The notes beneath the pieces are model-generated. The model saw nothing but the letters and a program-made list of their open reading frames with translations, was not told the origin of the DNA and ran no database searches. Positions 13,497 through 25,764 of a DNA stretch of 64,000 nt are shown piece by piece. How positions within the stretch are numbered: the first letter of the stretch is position 1; the number at the start of each line of letters is the position of its first letter. The DNA is from Lama glama (Eukaryota). Made by a program: the position numbers and the translations under genes. The DNA is taken from positions 93,002,001 to 93,066,000 of the forward strand of contig CM052817.1 in the NCBI GenBank assembly GCA_028534125.1. The letters are read 5' to 3'.

Positions 13497-14119
13497 TCAC
13501 TTAGGCCACCACCCTCATTTTACAGCAGGTGGAAGGAAGGCATGAGAGGAGACTGGCTTACCCAAGGGCAGAAGGAAACTAGGGGGAGACTCTCCTGGCC
13601 TCCCTCCGATCCTGCTCACCCTGCCAAGAAGCGTCCCTCCCCCCGCTTCTTGGCAGCTCCACCTGTCACAGAACCAAACCTCAGCTCCCATCTGTGAGGC
13701 AGAAATGACAGGCACTTTGCAGCATCGTCGTAAGTAGAAAATAGTTCTGAATGTCCCCTGAGAAGAATACCACCTCCTGTATTTCTTTTATTCGTTTCTC
13801 ATCATGCAGAAGGGTTCAGCCTCGTTCACTGCAGCCAAAGCAGAGAGCCCGTCTCAGAGCAGGCCTTTAGGTCTTCTCACATTTTCATGTTGTGAACGAT
13901 TTTGACTAATGAATCTGATTGATTAGAATAGAATTGAGTTTATTTTGCATTTTTGGTAATGAATTGTCATATTTATCAGGTCTTTCCCCTAGTTAAAACC
14001 TATATATTTTTAAGTGTAGTCTGAGTATGACAGAAATATCTCAGTACATTAACATGGTTCTGGCAGCTTCTCTAATGTGATCAGTCTGATCTTTGGCAGC
14101 ATAAGAGCCATGGTAGGTT

Positions 14120-14234
14120 GGAGCAGTGGTCTGTAGCCACAAGTGCTGGATGTTTGTCCTAGCTGCTATAGTGTGACCTTGGCCACATTGTTTAAGTACT
14201 TTCATATTCCATTCCTTTCATGTAAAATGCAGGC
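14120..14234 (+). mobile_element. MIR SINE, 5' part, with a younger SINE inserted at its edge
   Basis: 'gtgtgaccttggccacattgtttaag...ttcctttcatgtaaaatg'. Confidence 0.6.
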
Positions 14235-14252
14235 AGAGACGGATGATTTCTA

Positions 14253-14392
14253 GGGGAGGGTATAGCTGGGTGGTAGAGTGCGCATCTAGTATGCACAAGG
14301 TCCCGGGTTCAATCCCCAGTACCTCCATCAAAATAAATAAATACCTTATTACTTCCCCCAAAACAAACAAACAAAAACAAAAGACAAACAAA
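14253..14392 (+). mobile_element. Camelid tRNA-derived SINE (Vic-1-like) with 18-bp TSD
   Basis: Starts 'ggggagggtatagctgggtggtagag' (A box), has 'gggttcaatccc' (B box) and an A-rich tail; TSD agaga(c/t)ggatgatttcta at 14235-14252 and 14393-14410. Confidence 0.9.
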
Positions 14393-16815
14393 AGAGATGG
14401 ATGATTTCTAAATTCCCTAAATTCCTTTCTAATTCTAAGATACAGACAAATCTTAGCTATGGTAATCATAAAACCATTGTTAGTGGAGTAGAGTGGCATT
14501 TTCTGTGAAAATAGATCGTCTAATACATTTTTTGAATTAAAGGTACTAAAAATTGAAGCAAAAGAGTGGAACGCCTTAAATTAGTGGCAGTGGGCCTTCT
14601 ATAACAATAAAATGTGCTTGCTGGAAATTTACAGTAGCTGTAGAATGAAAACAACTATTAAATCAAAATTGACTTCGTACATTCGGAGACACAAGAATAA
14701 AACCTATTAACAGCTCAACGTAATTTAATTGAACACCGTGAGTAATAGAAGAGAGGTCCAAGGGTGAAGGCTGAGAACACTTATGGATGACTCTGAATTG
14801 CAATATTTGACTTTCTGTGAGAATGAAGAGCTGAGTTCCAGCTGTGTGTGTGCTGAGTTGATTAAAGGAGCTAAATTTACATTGGCACGGAGGTGTAAAT
14901 GTGTTATTGTGGTTTTCTCTCCCAGTATATTCGAGACAGCCTGACGCTGTCTAGACAAGGACAGAATAACCTCCTATCCGACACTTGGCTCGCAGGGGCC
15001 CCTCGCCGCTCTGACTGTGAGCCCCCCGCCTGGGCACCTCTGTCTGGCTCTGTGATACCCAACACATGGAGGCATGAGGGAGATCAGGAAGCCCAGTTGG
15101 TGTCACGTAGACTTGAGGTTTTAGATTCTGACTGGCTACTTGAGTGAGTCACTTAACCTGTCTGAGCCTGTTTCTTCACCTTCAGAATGAGCTTAATAAA
15201 TAGTAACTGTTTCACTGTCCTGACTTATCTTTCTGACTTAATCTTTGCTGGAGTTTACATTCCAATTTGAACTTCTAGTCTAGTGTACAGTAGGTTTTGA
15301 GCTTCTGGATTTTGTTTGTGGAATAGGTAGCCTTGCCTAAACAATGTCTCTATTCTGTTACTGTAGCTCTCCACTCAGTTTGTTTTTTTCTCAACACCTA
15401 AGTGTGTCCCCACACACACACATCATGACCAGGCAAGACAGAACAAGCCTTCAAATGTATAACAGGTATTTCCAAGTAAAGCATGAGTGGCATAAAATCA
15501 ATGATTTGTTTACTAACTAATAAAATCCAAGTGTTCAGGTCAGTTGATTATTAAATATAACCACGTTTGCCTAATATAACTCTTAATATTGGAACCACCT
15601 CCCTCTCCAACTTTCTGAAAAGAACACATACCTCTTAATATTTTCTCTGTTATTCAGATAGGCAAATACTTGGTCACGTTCATGAGTCACTAAATGTTCA
15701 GCTTAGCTGCTTCTTCATTCCTCTGTGTTGTTTCCTTTTGCCCTTTGTGGGAGTGGCAGGGAAATCGTCCTGTACTGGGACACTGCTCACACGTTTGGTG
15801 CTTTTCCTTCTTATGGGATGACAGAAGAGTAAATACCTTATGCTTAGAAGTCTTCGACAAGGTGGACCAAACCCACTGACTATTTTTCTGAAAGATAGAC
15901 TGTTTACCTGGGTGTAAAATGAGCAGATCTGCTAATTCCTTGGCTGATGGCCTTCTTGTTTAGGAAACCCACACGCTTGCTCTGAAAAGTTAAAAAGCAA
16001 TTTTCACTTCTGTATGCCAAATAAAATAAAACGAGATGACAATTGGGTTTCACTGTGAACCCACAATCTCTGCCTGAGGGAGAGTGACAAAAGCTGAAGA
16101 GAAGGTGCTTGTATTTGCTGGAGCTAGTCATCCTGCAGACTCTGGACTATAAGGTGAGGGCAACCCCTTTCTCACTAAGGGAGCAAAATCGGCTCAGGGC
16201 CCACAATGTCCAGACGCCCAAAGGTTCCCTTGTTCGGAAGAGGGTTGGAGAGGACAGTGGGGACTATGGAAGCTGGTGAGACCCTTTGACTGGTTTGCGT
16301 GTCTTGATGTCCAGAAACGCCAGTTAGCACAGAAAAGAATATGAGCATGGTCCTGCTCAGAGATGGAGGAAGCCCCAGTGCACGCTCAACATTGTTGGAC
16401 TAAAATCCTGGGACCTGCCTTTTCATGTTTGACAGCAAACACTTTGTTTTTAAATTTGTGCTCACTGTTGCACCTAAAATAGTCTCCTCTCACACAGCAG
16501 GAGCTCACCTATGTATTAAAAAATATATATTTAAAAAAATCCTTCTACCTGGACTATATTCAAGTATTTTGAAAAGAAACACTGACTGGCAAGAGAATGA
16601 ATTTTTATGACAACTCTCTTTTGCCCTTTCTCCTCCCTCCTTGATTTTGACACATATACCTCTTGAATATCTTGCTTGCCATGATGGATAATCATTTTAA
16701 GTTACCTCTTAAAACCTGGAGTTAAAAAATATGATCACCAAACACCTGTTAACATCTCCCTAAAATTTCACTCTCCGTTGACCTAAAGGAGCAATATATT
16801 TCTGCCCAAATAATT

Positions 16816-17121
16816 TGCTATGGATTCACGGTAGTAACTGAGTGGTTTCCGTTCTCAGCTGGACAATTATTTCTTCAGGGTGGAGCCTCCCTGGTGGGAT
16901 TCGTGCCTTTATAAAAGAGACCTCAGGGAGCTCCCTTGCCCCTTCTGCCAGGTGAGAACACAGCAAGAATTCAGCCGTCCAGAAAAGGACACTCACCCAG
17001 CTGTGCTGGCACCCTGATCTTTGATTTCCAGGCTTCAGGAGTGTGAGAAATAAGTTTCTGGTGTTTATAAGCTACCCAATCTGTGGTATTTTGTCATAAC
17101 ATCCCAGAAGGACTTAGGCCA
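16816..17121 (+). mobile_element. MaLR solo LTR (MLT1A-like)
   Basis: 'cctttataaaagagacctcagggagctcc', 'gctggcaccctgatctttgatttccagg...gtgagaaataagtttctg...tgtggtattttgtcata'. Confidence 0.8.
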
Positions 17122-17129
17122 CTTCTTTC

Positions 17130-18290
17130 TTAGTTAGGTGCACATTTCCATGAGCTCTGCAATTTTATATTCTCCGTGACCTCCCACACCCAAGATACAG
17201 GACGTTCCATCACGCTACAAAGTTCCTTTACACTCACCTCAGCCCTCCTCAAGCCTTGACCACAGGCAGCGCTGGTTTGCTTACTCTCACTCATATAGGT
17301 TATGCTTCTTGTCTGGAGTTTTATTTGACTTTGCATCAATTTTAAAATTCAAAGGCTATTTGGGGCAGTGGACATGTTCTAAAACAAGGTTGCAGTAATG
17401 GTTGCAAAAATTATTGAGCTCTGTCCTTACAATGGATGAATCTTCTAATATGTAAGTTATACCTAATGAAGCTAGGAACATTGTCATAAAATTTAATGAC
17501 TATATTTCCTTTTTAGAAATTTTATTTGGTTCTGTTTTATATCTTCTATACTTACCTATTCTTTCATGATAGTTTCTCTTCCTTTCTTTAAACTCTTTAA
17601 GCTTTTTTAACATAGTTGCTTGATGGTCCCATTCCAATTATTTTTTCTGTCCTGTTTCTTAGAATGAAAATTTAGTTGATGGCTGACTTGTATGTAGACT
17701 CTCCATTCTTGTGGTGTGCTTCATTTTTCATTGCCAGTTCTTCTTCAAAAGTTGTTTTAACTGAGCAGGTTACAAAAGTGTCCTACAGGGAGATTCTGAT
17801 GTTTCTGGATCAGATTTCAATGTTGTTGTTGTGAATTCTCACCCACAGAGGTGATATATGTCCAGATGTCTCAGGACTGACCTTTTGTCCTTCCTTCATT
17901 GCTGCATAGGAACAGCAAACACTCTTATTGCTTTCCCATCCAGTGTATACAGCTTTTTCACTTCCTTTTTAAAAGACAGGGCAGCCCTTTGAAGCCCTTC
18001 CTGCCTGAAACTCTTGTCTCCATGGTCTGCATGGGTATTAAAAACCCAAGCTCCAAACCCAGAGCCAGTGTGGGTCTGAACACCCAAACTCCCAATGCAG
18101 TATTAATTTCTACACCCCATTAGATATTTGCTTTCAGTCTTCTTTATGGTGTTTTGGGATTTTTCCCCTTTTTATCTTTTGAGCTCAGCTTTGTATTAAA
18201 AATATTTTTGATTAACTTTATCCATCAATTCTGTTTATTTCTAATGTACGAGGGACTTGAGTACATTAGCTTAGTTCACCATGTTACTGA
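17130..18290. mobile_element. Highly decayed old L1 (L1M-type) fragments, mostly antisense
   Basis: L1 3'UTR-like motifs at 17130-17480 and T-rich antisense L1-like sequence; boundaries approximate. Confidence 0.4.
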
Positions 18291-18714
18291 AATTCCTTAC
18301 TCTTCAAATCGGATAATCTCTTTTCAATTCTTGTTTCACTGATTCCTTGATACATTGAACGTGACAATTTCTAATTTCAGTAACTTCTTATACTTTGGCT
18401 TCTGTGACATTATCATTCATCTTTCCTCCTACTTAAGAAAAACTGTTGGAAAATCATGAACTTCACCATCAGTTAAACCACAATTCAAATACTGAATCTT
18501 CTACTCATATACTGTGTGATCTTTAAGTTAATAATTGAACTATTTTCCCTCTCTGTAATCTTTTATGATTTGAACCACAATTTAAATCTGAGAGTTTATA
18601 ACTCATAGTGATGTTTATTAGCACTACAATGGAATTCTTGGCAGCAGTGAGCAGTAGTGATGGGTCATTTTGTCGTGCTTTTTTTCTTTTAACTTCACCT
18701 TGAAACGAGTTATT

Positions 18715-18815
18715 CCTTTTTTTAAGGTATAATTGACTTTCAACATTATATTAGTTTCAGGTGCACAACACAATGATTTGACATACATTGTGAAATGATC
18801 AGCACAGTCAGTCTA
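18715..18815 (-). mobile_element. Short L1 3' end
   Basis: T-run then 'ggtataattgac...attagtttcaggtgcacaacacaatgatttgaca...gtgaaatgatca'. Confidence 0.7.
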
Positions 18816-18833
18816 AAAAGGAAAATCTCTGCA

Positions 18834-19735
18834 CAGGGCCAGCTACATGATTTGCAAGGGCCCAGTGTGAAATGAAAATGCATGGTCCTCATTCAAAAGC
18901 CAGGAAAATAATGCCACTAAAAGTACTAAATGTAGAGCTTTTTCCTTTCTTCCTGGGCCTCTCTCAGTGTGTCATGGTGTATTATTTGCTGTCCACTGTT
19001 GAACTCTTGGTGTGGGGTTACTCACTGGGTACAGATGCTCACAGGCACCCCATGGTTTGGCGAGCACACAGCCCACCATCTGCAGGGCTCCTCCTCCCCA
19101 CAGCCACCCCTGCACAGCATCATGTCCCAATTGGAGGCAAGGAAGTAAATCTTCCGTTCCCATGACCTGCCACCCAACTCACTGTGGCTGGAGATGGCTT
19201 AAAAAAAGAACTTTAATATCTGGTTAAGTCCATTATCAGGACGGAGAGGACAGCAAACACCTTTGCCTAGTGACCCACTGAACGAACATCCAGAGGCACA
19301 TGCTCGCCCATAGCCACTGCCAAGTCCTCCCTGAGACACTGCAGGGCGCCTGCCCCACCTGGACCTCCCCACATCCTCATTCAGGCCCCCAGAGGAGGCA
19401 GAGCACACAGCAATTGCTGGGTCGAGAAAGGAAGTAAGAAAAATGGGAAGACAGGGTGTGAGGCAGGGACGGGCTGTGGAGAACCTATCCAGGGAAGGCA
19501 GGAAGGGGTGGGAATCAGGGCTGCCTCTGAGCAGGACTACTTGTGAGCTGAGACTCCAAGCCCTCAATACGTGCTCCACTGTTTATTGACTGCACTTACA
19601 ACATGCAAATTCAAAGGTAAAATTACTAGGAATTTTAAGATAGTGACCAAAGAGCATTAAATCCCAAGCACAGGGCCCTTCTGAGCTTGAGCCTCCTGGG
19701 ACCACACTGGCCCCAACTGCATGGAGCCCACCTTG
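18834..19735 (+). mobile_element. MER45B-like hAT-Tip100 non-autonomous DNA transposon, both ends present
   Basis: 5' end 'cagggccagctacatgatttgcaagggcccagtgtgaaatgaaaatg'; 3' end 'agagcattaaatcccaagcacagggcccttctgagc...ccttg'; degenerate 8-bp TSD tctctgca/tctgtgaa. Confidence 0.75.
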
Positions 19736-20269
19736 TCTGTGAACAAATGGTTTTTCTCTTAATCTGGCCAGTGAGAGCTCAGCAGAATTGTAATGTAGAG
19801 CACGTCTCTCAAGCACGTTCACCAATGGAACAGTGGATCTCTAACTCAAAAGTAAACCCCATTTGTAAACCCCTTAAGACTGCTGCTCTGCTTCATCAGA
19901 CAGAGGCAGGAGACCCAGCTGCAGATTTTCCCACTCGTCCCCTCCTGCTTCCTCTGATGCTACCTGTGGACCAGGAAGCACCAAGTACTCCATGCAACAC
20001 AGTTTGAAAATTTAAAAAAAAAAGTTTATTTATATTCAGCTGTCTAGAAAAACTTTGGCATTTCAAGTTTAATTTGCTTTCATTTTCTATAAAGATTCAG
20101 AAGGTAGGCAGCCTGTATTTAATAAGATAAATAATTATTTTAAATATTTCAAAAAGAAAATAATCCATTTGGCTCTCTAACTATCACAGCCAGGAAAAAT
20201 AATAAGTTTTGTGTAATTGTTTTAAAATCAGGAATTTAACATATGTTCACTTATTTCCTATGACACACC

Positions 20270-21340
20270 CATCCCCTATTTCTGTTTTACTATTCTTTTG
20301 TTCTTTTTATCCGATATTATAAACCCTGATTATGAATTTTCAACATCAAGTTTTAACTATATGAATATTTTTGAATTTTCACTTTAAATTTAAGAATTTT
20401 CTGAAGACATTTTAAAAAATTCTTTGCATACTTGTAATCAGTTTCATTGCTCAATACTCACCAATTCGTAAGTTCTTCCCCATTTTAGAGACCTGGATCA
20501 TGATTAAACTCCTAATTGGATGGAGTACATCCATGAGGTTTTGTTTTGTTTCTTTCATTCATGAGAGGTGCATGAGTATTGTATTTTTTGGAGCTTTTGC
20601 ACATATAAAATATTTTTTGTTACTGTCACCCGTGAATGAAATCTTGGCCTGATTTTGAATTCTGTGTTCCCAATCTTGTAATCTCAGATCTCTATAGACA
20701 TTATTCTCTTCTTTACTGGAATTTAATAGTCAAAAGAGCATACTACTCTTTATACTTGTAATTTAAAATAATTTATTTGTTAATTTTTCCTGGAACACAA
20801 CGGACTCTGGTCTTTCCTATCTAGAGAAGCTTCTATTATGTCTTCAGTTATCGTTTCTCTCCTACTTGGTTTGTTTTCTTTTATAGAATGTCTTTTTATC
20901 AACATATTGGATCTCTTCTCTCTGTTTCTCACGTGTTATCATATTTATCATTTCCATGATTTCTTCCCCTTCTTTGGGGGAAATTTTGAAGTTTTTTGCT
21001 TACATCACTGATTTGACTTGTTTGGCATCAATTCTGTTCTAATGACTCCAGTGAGGATTTTAACCCCATTATTCTGTTTCTTAATTTCTTCAAGGTGTTG
21101 TTTTGCTTATATGTTTGTTCTTCTCTCACCCTGTTCTTTTTGGGGGGGGGTGTTTGTGGGTATTTATTTAATTATTTATCTATCTAATGTAGGTGCTGGG
21201 GACTGAACCCAGGACCTCGTGCATGCTGAGCACGTGCTCTACCACTGAGCTATATCTGCCTCTCACCATCTCGCCCTGTTCTTAGCTTACTCTTTGCAGC
21301 TTTTTCATTCTAGTATGTAGTGAGCTCTGTCTACGCCGCG
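20270..21340 (-). mobile_element. Decayed antisense L1 fragment hosting a SINE
   Basis: T-rich antisense L1-like text such as 'tctttttatcaacatattggatctc'; boundaries approximate. Confidence 0.4.
21139..21262 (-). mobile_element. Camelid tRNA-derived SINE (Vic-1-like) with 15-bp TSD
   Basis: 'ggggactgaacccaggacctcgtgcatgctgagcacgtgctctaccactgagctata' is the reverse complement of the SINE head; TSD tctc(a/g)ccctgttctt at 21124-21138 and 21269-21283. Confidence 0.9.
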
Positions 21341-22189
21341 GGTTTGCAGACACATCACTGGCATAGGTTTCCCATGGCCATCCTCACATCACTCATGTTT
21401 TGGTAAAAACCATCATCTCAACCGTGGACAACCCCAGCTCAATTTCTGATACTTCAGAAACATTCACATGGAACTGAAATGGAACATTCTGTTCTTACTT
21501 CTCAGTGTCTTTGCTATAAGGGAGACAATGTATATCCTAAGGTAGAGTCCATGAAAAATTGTGTTTTTCCAGCATGCACCATGCCCAAGACCCTCCCTGT
21601 CTCTGCTTCAATTTATATAGCTTTACCTGAAAGGCCCTCTCCCTAGAATACGAATGACACTCTCCATTGCTCCCTGCCCCTGGCTGTGTTATACAAGAGG
21701 CACTGTGTTGGACGAGGGCTGTTGAGAAGAGAGGGACAAGATCTCAGCTGTCTCAGAAGACAGGAGAGGGTGGCTGCTCATCTTTCAGATTAATGTAATA
21801 TCTGTTGCTTTAAAAACAACCAGTAAAAATGAGTCAAAGTCTCTTTTTCCCTTTTCATTTCCGGCTTGTCAGTCTAGTTCAGGAAATAGATTGCAAGCAG
21901 GTCACTGATAATGCTTCTTCATCCAATTGCGGCAAAATTAAAATGGATAAAAATATCCATCAACACCTGTCCTATACATTTGATTCCTGTACTTGTTTTT
22001 TAAGCTCTTGTTCCTTATTGCCTTTCCTTATAATTCTGCCTGTAATTTATTTGCAAGTTGGCAGATAACCTACTGTGATCTCAACCCAGAGGCCAGGGTC
22101 TTCTAAATGCAGGAGTAATTAATAGGTGAATGACTGTCATAGTTACTTTATTACTTACATGGAAATGATTAACAAAATCAAGTTGAAGC

Positions 22190-22395
22190 AGTGTTATTGG
22201 ATGCAAAGAACACCAGTGTCAGAAAATTTAGGGTCAAGTGTTTACCCCCATTTATTCATTGTGAGACCTTAAATAAGCCCCTTAACCTTTTTTGAATCTG
22301 TTTCTTTTCCCATAAAGTAGCAATAATCATGCTTGTTCTAAGGAGCTCACAGGGTGATTGCGAGGAACAAATGGGTTGACACGTGTAAGGGTCCC
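22190..22395 (+). mobile_element. MIR SINE
   Basis: 'tgtgagaccttaaataagccccttaacc...tctgtttcttttcccataaagtagcaataat...ctcacagggtgattgcgagg'. Confidence 0.6.
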
Positions 22396-23629
22396 CTGTA
22401 GTCATCACCGCCAGAGACCCAGTTATTGCTCACTCCCGTGCCCTTGGCCTCGTCAGGGCACATTGAAATAGCTGAGCTAACAGCTAACACGTGATTCATT
22501 AATATTAATTTCTGAGCTGTAGTCATTACTGAATATAGGTTTTGGACATAAAAAGTAAATGGTAACTGTGAATGTTCTAGGCTCTGTCATTAAAGAAAAA
22601 GGAAAAACAGATATCTTTTTTTTTTGCCAAGTTGTCAAATTTACATGAATTTTACCCACCGCTTCCTAGAGTTCTACAAATAGAGAATTTCTTTCATATT
22701 TTTCTCTTTTGTCTATAAAAACATGTGAATTTTCAGACTTTACCTATACCTCCTCTTGGTGGCATAAAGAATAGACCAAGTGAGACCAGAGTCACAGATA
22801 AACTTTTGCTGTTATTATATTACATTAGAACAAAAGAGTAGACAACTAACATTGGAGAATATTGTGTAGAAAAGGAAGCAATGAAAAATTGGTCTTGAAT
22901 TATCTCTAAGGCTAATTGAAGGCAGGGACTTCTAAATAGAGTTCTAATTTATAGGCTAATAAAAGCCACAGACATCTCATTATTAACATGAAAATTAGCA
23001 AACATATAAGAGACTAGTTTGGGACATGGCAATTCTAAGCACATGAAAATAAAGCGCACATCAATTACATATTTTATTTTTAATCAGTGTGTAACAGAGT
23101 GCCCTGAGAGGAGAGCATAATACGAACTTCAAGGCTTTTGGCCCCAGACGCAAGTGCTAGTGAATGAAACGGCCAGCCTTCACGGCACAGCAAACATTTT
23201 TAAAAGCAAGGTCCTTGGATGGAATAGGACAAAACCTTCCCTTTTTCCCTCTAACCATAGCTACTGAAAGAAGTCTGTAAACTTGTCTTCATTTTCTGTG
23301 TACTATGACTTCTCTCTCATTTTGCAGGTAGGAAAACTAAGCTACAGAGAAATAAAGAACATCAGAGTCCTTACCATTTTGCATTTTGTGTTATTTTTTC
23401 ATTCTTTTCTTCTTAAAAACTAATTATGCCTAGAGTTAAAGATGGTCTTACCCATCATAGACTAACACAGCCTTGGGTACAGTCACTCAGTGTGCACTGC
23501 GGCAGAGCTAAGTCCCTCTAAAACGCGTTGCTAACACGTGCGAGGAAGGAGAGGGCTAGCAGGTCTGTGGTCCTTCCTCTAAACCCTGGGATTCCTGGAA
23601 ACATTAACTTAGGAAATTCACAGGAGGAT

Positions 23630-24460
23630 GTTGCAAGTTCTGGAGGTTCCTCAAGACTACTCTCACATGTAAGGATCTGCTAGAAGGAATCACAGAACTC
23701 AGAAAGGCTGTTAGACTCAAGGCTGTAGTTAATTATAGCAAAATCAGCAAAGGGAAGGGGCACAGAGGGCGGGTTCCTGGACCCACTGTTCCAAGCATGA
23801 GATTCTAGGTGTCTCCCCTGGTGGAGTCTTGTGGACAGTGGTTTGTTCTCCCAGCAATAGTGTATGCCAACCAGGGAAGCTCCTCAAGCCTCCAGGGTTG
23901 TTTTTTTTTTTTTCCCAGCTTTATTGAGGTGTAATTGATAAATAAAATTGTAAGATATTTAATGTGCACATTGTTATTACACACACACACACATATTGTG
24001 AAACGATTCTTCCCTTCTAGTTAACACTTCCATCACCTCACATATTTATCTTTTTTTTTTTTGATAAGAACATTTAAGTTCTAATTCCTTAGAAAATTTC
24101 AGGTATATGGCTAGTAAAAGGGTACAAACTTTTAGCTATAAGATGAATAAGGTTTGAGGATCTAATGTATAGCATGGTGACTGTAGTTGATAGCACTGTA
24201 TTATAGAATTGAAATTTGCTAAGTGGTTTAGAAATTCTTATCACAGACTGACCTCATAGACATTACTGTCTGTCCGTGGCTGACCTCAGTCTCCAGCCCC
24301 TTCAAAGTTCAAGCTGATACCATGTGGCCTAAGGTCCCCACGATAAATCAAACTGTTAGCATGGACTATAGCAATGGCCTAAAGCTTCCAGTTAAACAGG
24401 TAGAACATCCCAAGGGCTTATAGGTTACCTACTAGGATCTGGGGACAAAGGGGAATTGTT
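23630..24460. mobile_element. MER21-like LTR interrupted by an L1 insertion
   Basis: 'tgctagaaggaatcacagaactcagaaaggctgttagactca', 'ccaaccagggaagctc'; resumes with 'gctgacctcagtctccagcccc' after 24230. Confidence 0.65.
23901..24223 (-). mobile_element. Short L1 3' end with 5' inversion
   Basis: Poly-T plus antisense L1 3' end to ~24108, then the adjacent upstream 3'UTR in sense orientation to 24223. Confidence 0.75.
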
Positions 24461-24466
24461 AATCTT

Positions 24467-24522
<56 letters not shown>
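24467..24522. repeat. (GATA)n(GACA)n compound tetranucleotide microsatellite
   Basis: Seen directly. Confidence 0.95.
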
Positions 24523-25764
24523 TATTATTTACACTATCTTCAGTATATTAAGACCAGTTGCACTGTATCCAAGAAGAATCAGAATTGGTTGAAGTTGCTG
24601 TGTAACTCATTGTACATGAGACTGTGCATCAGGTAATTATAGCTGCTGCTAGTGGGATACATTTGTACTGGAGTCAGATAGAAAAGCTCAAGAGATCCCA
24701 GAGCTGATGGTTTCTCCAGTCTTCAGTGGTCTGTGTCTAATCAGTCTATTCTCTTGTAACCACAGCCCCACCCCACCCCCAAAATGTGGAGAGTATTGGG
24801 GTATTTGGAAACTATTTCTAGTTGGAGAAATGAGACCTCCCCTATGCTGTGGCTAGCCAAGCTGTGGGTTTTCTTTCCCATATGCTTTCTTCTAGCTAAG
24901 TGAACTTGGTACTATGGAAAACCTATTGTATCCCATGAATTTTATAACCAGTCCAAACCCAAGACACCTCCTGGTGGTTGAGCAGAGTGACTTTTGAATT
25001 ATAAAACTAATATTGTTTGTGATGTATCCAATATGATTGCCCTCTTTAATTTGTTCCAGTTAATTACTTTAGCACCCACCAAATATTTTTAGTAGTAAAT
25101 GCATTTCTGCTCTTTTGAGATCTTCCTCACTGTTATTCCCATCTCTGACCTTGAACTGCTCAAGAAATCTGGAGGCACACTCAGGCAGTGTCACTGTGGT
25201 CCATACTAATCCATTATAAATTTGGAGAAAAGATTTAGATCTGTATGACATCTCCTTGTGAGATTCTTGGGCTTTTTATACAAACTGGTCTGTAATGAGG
25301 AGAGAAGAGAGAGCATTGCTAAAGTACAAGGTGTTGGGAAGAAAATAAAAACTAATGGGATAACAGAGCCTGTGTGTGTAGAGGATACGCATGCAGTGTG
25401 TGTCCACCATTGTTCCTTGATGCCCTATTCACAGTGTTTCTGATCCCTAGTGACCACAGAGTGCTGGTGGAACCGCTATGCTTGGGAGTTCAGTGAGATT
25501 TCTCTTGGAAACAAAACATGCTAGAAAGAAGGCAGTAGTATTCTGTAAAGCACAACCAACCAAGGAATCCTGTCATTTCCTTTCTTACTAAAGTTACTTC
25601 CTTGTATTAGCCAACCACTTATGCTGAAAATGATGACATAGAAAGGAAAGGAAAGATAAGGCAATTCATATTTCTCTGCTTTTTAGTTCTATCTTACTTA
25701 TCAGTAAACTGAAGATAGAAAGTGTTAGTAGAATGGGTGTGTATCAAGAAGTAAAATAAAAACA

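Noticed and set aside
14253..14325. tRNA gene
   Set aside because: Has A/B boxes but also an A-rich tail and TSD, so it is a SINE
18872..19825. Cluster of overlapping 63-126 aa ORFs
   Set aside because: Mostly within the GC-rich interior of a MER45-like transposon; no transposase motifs
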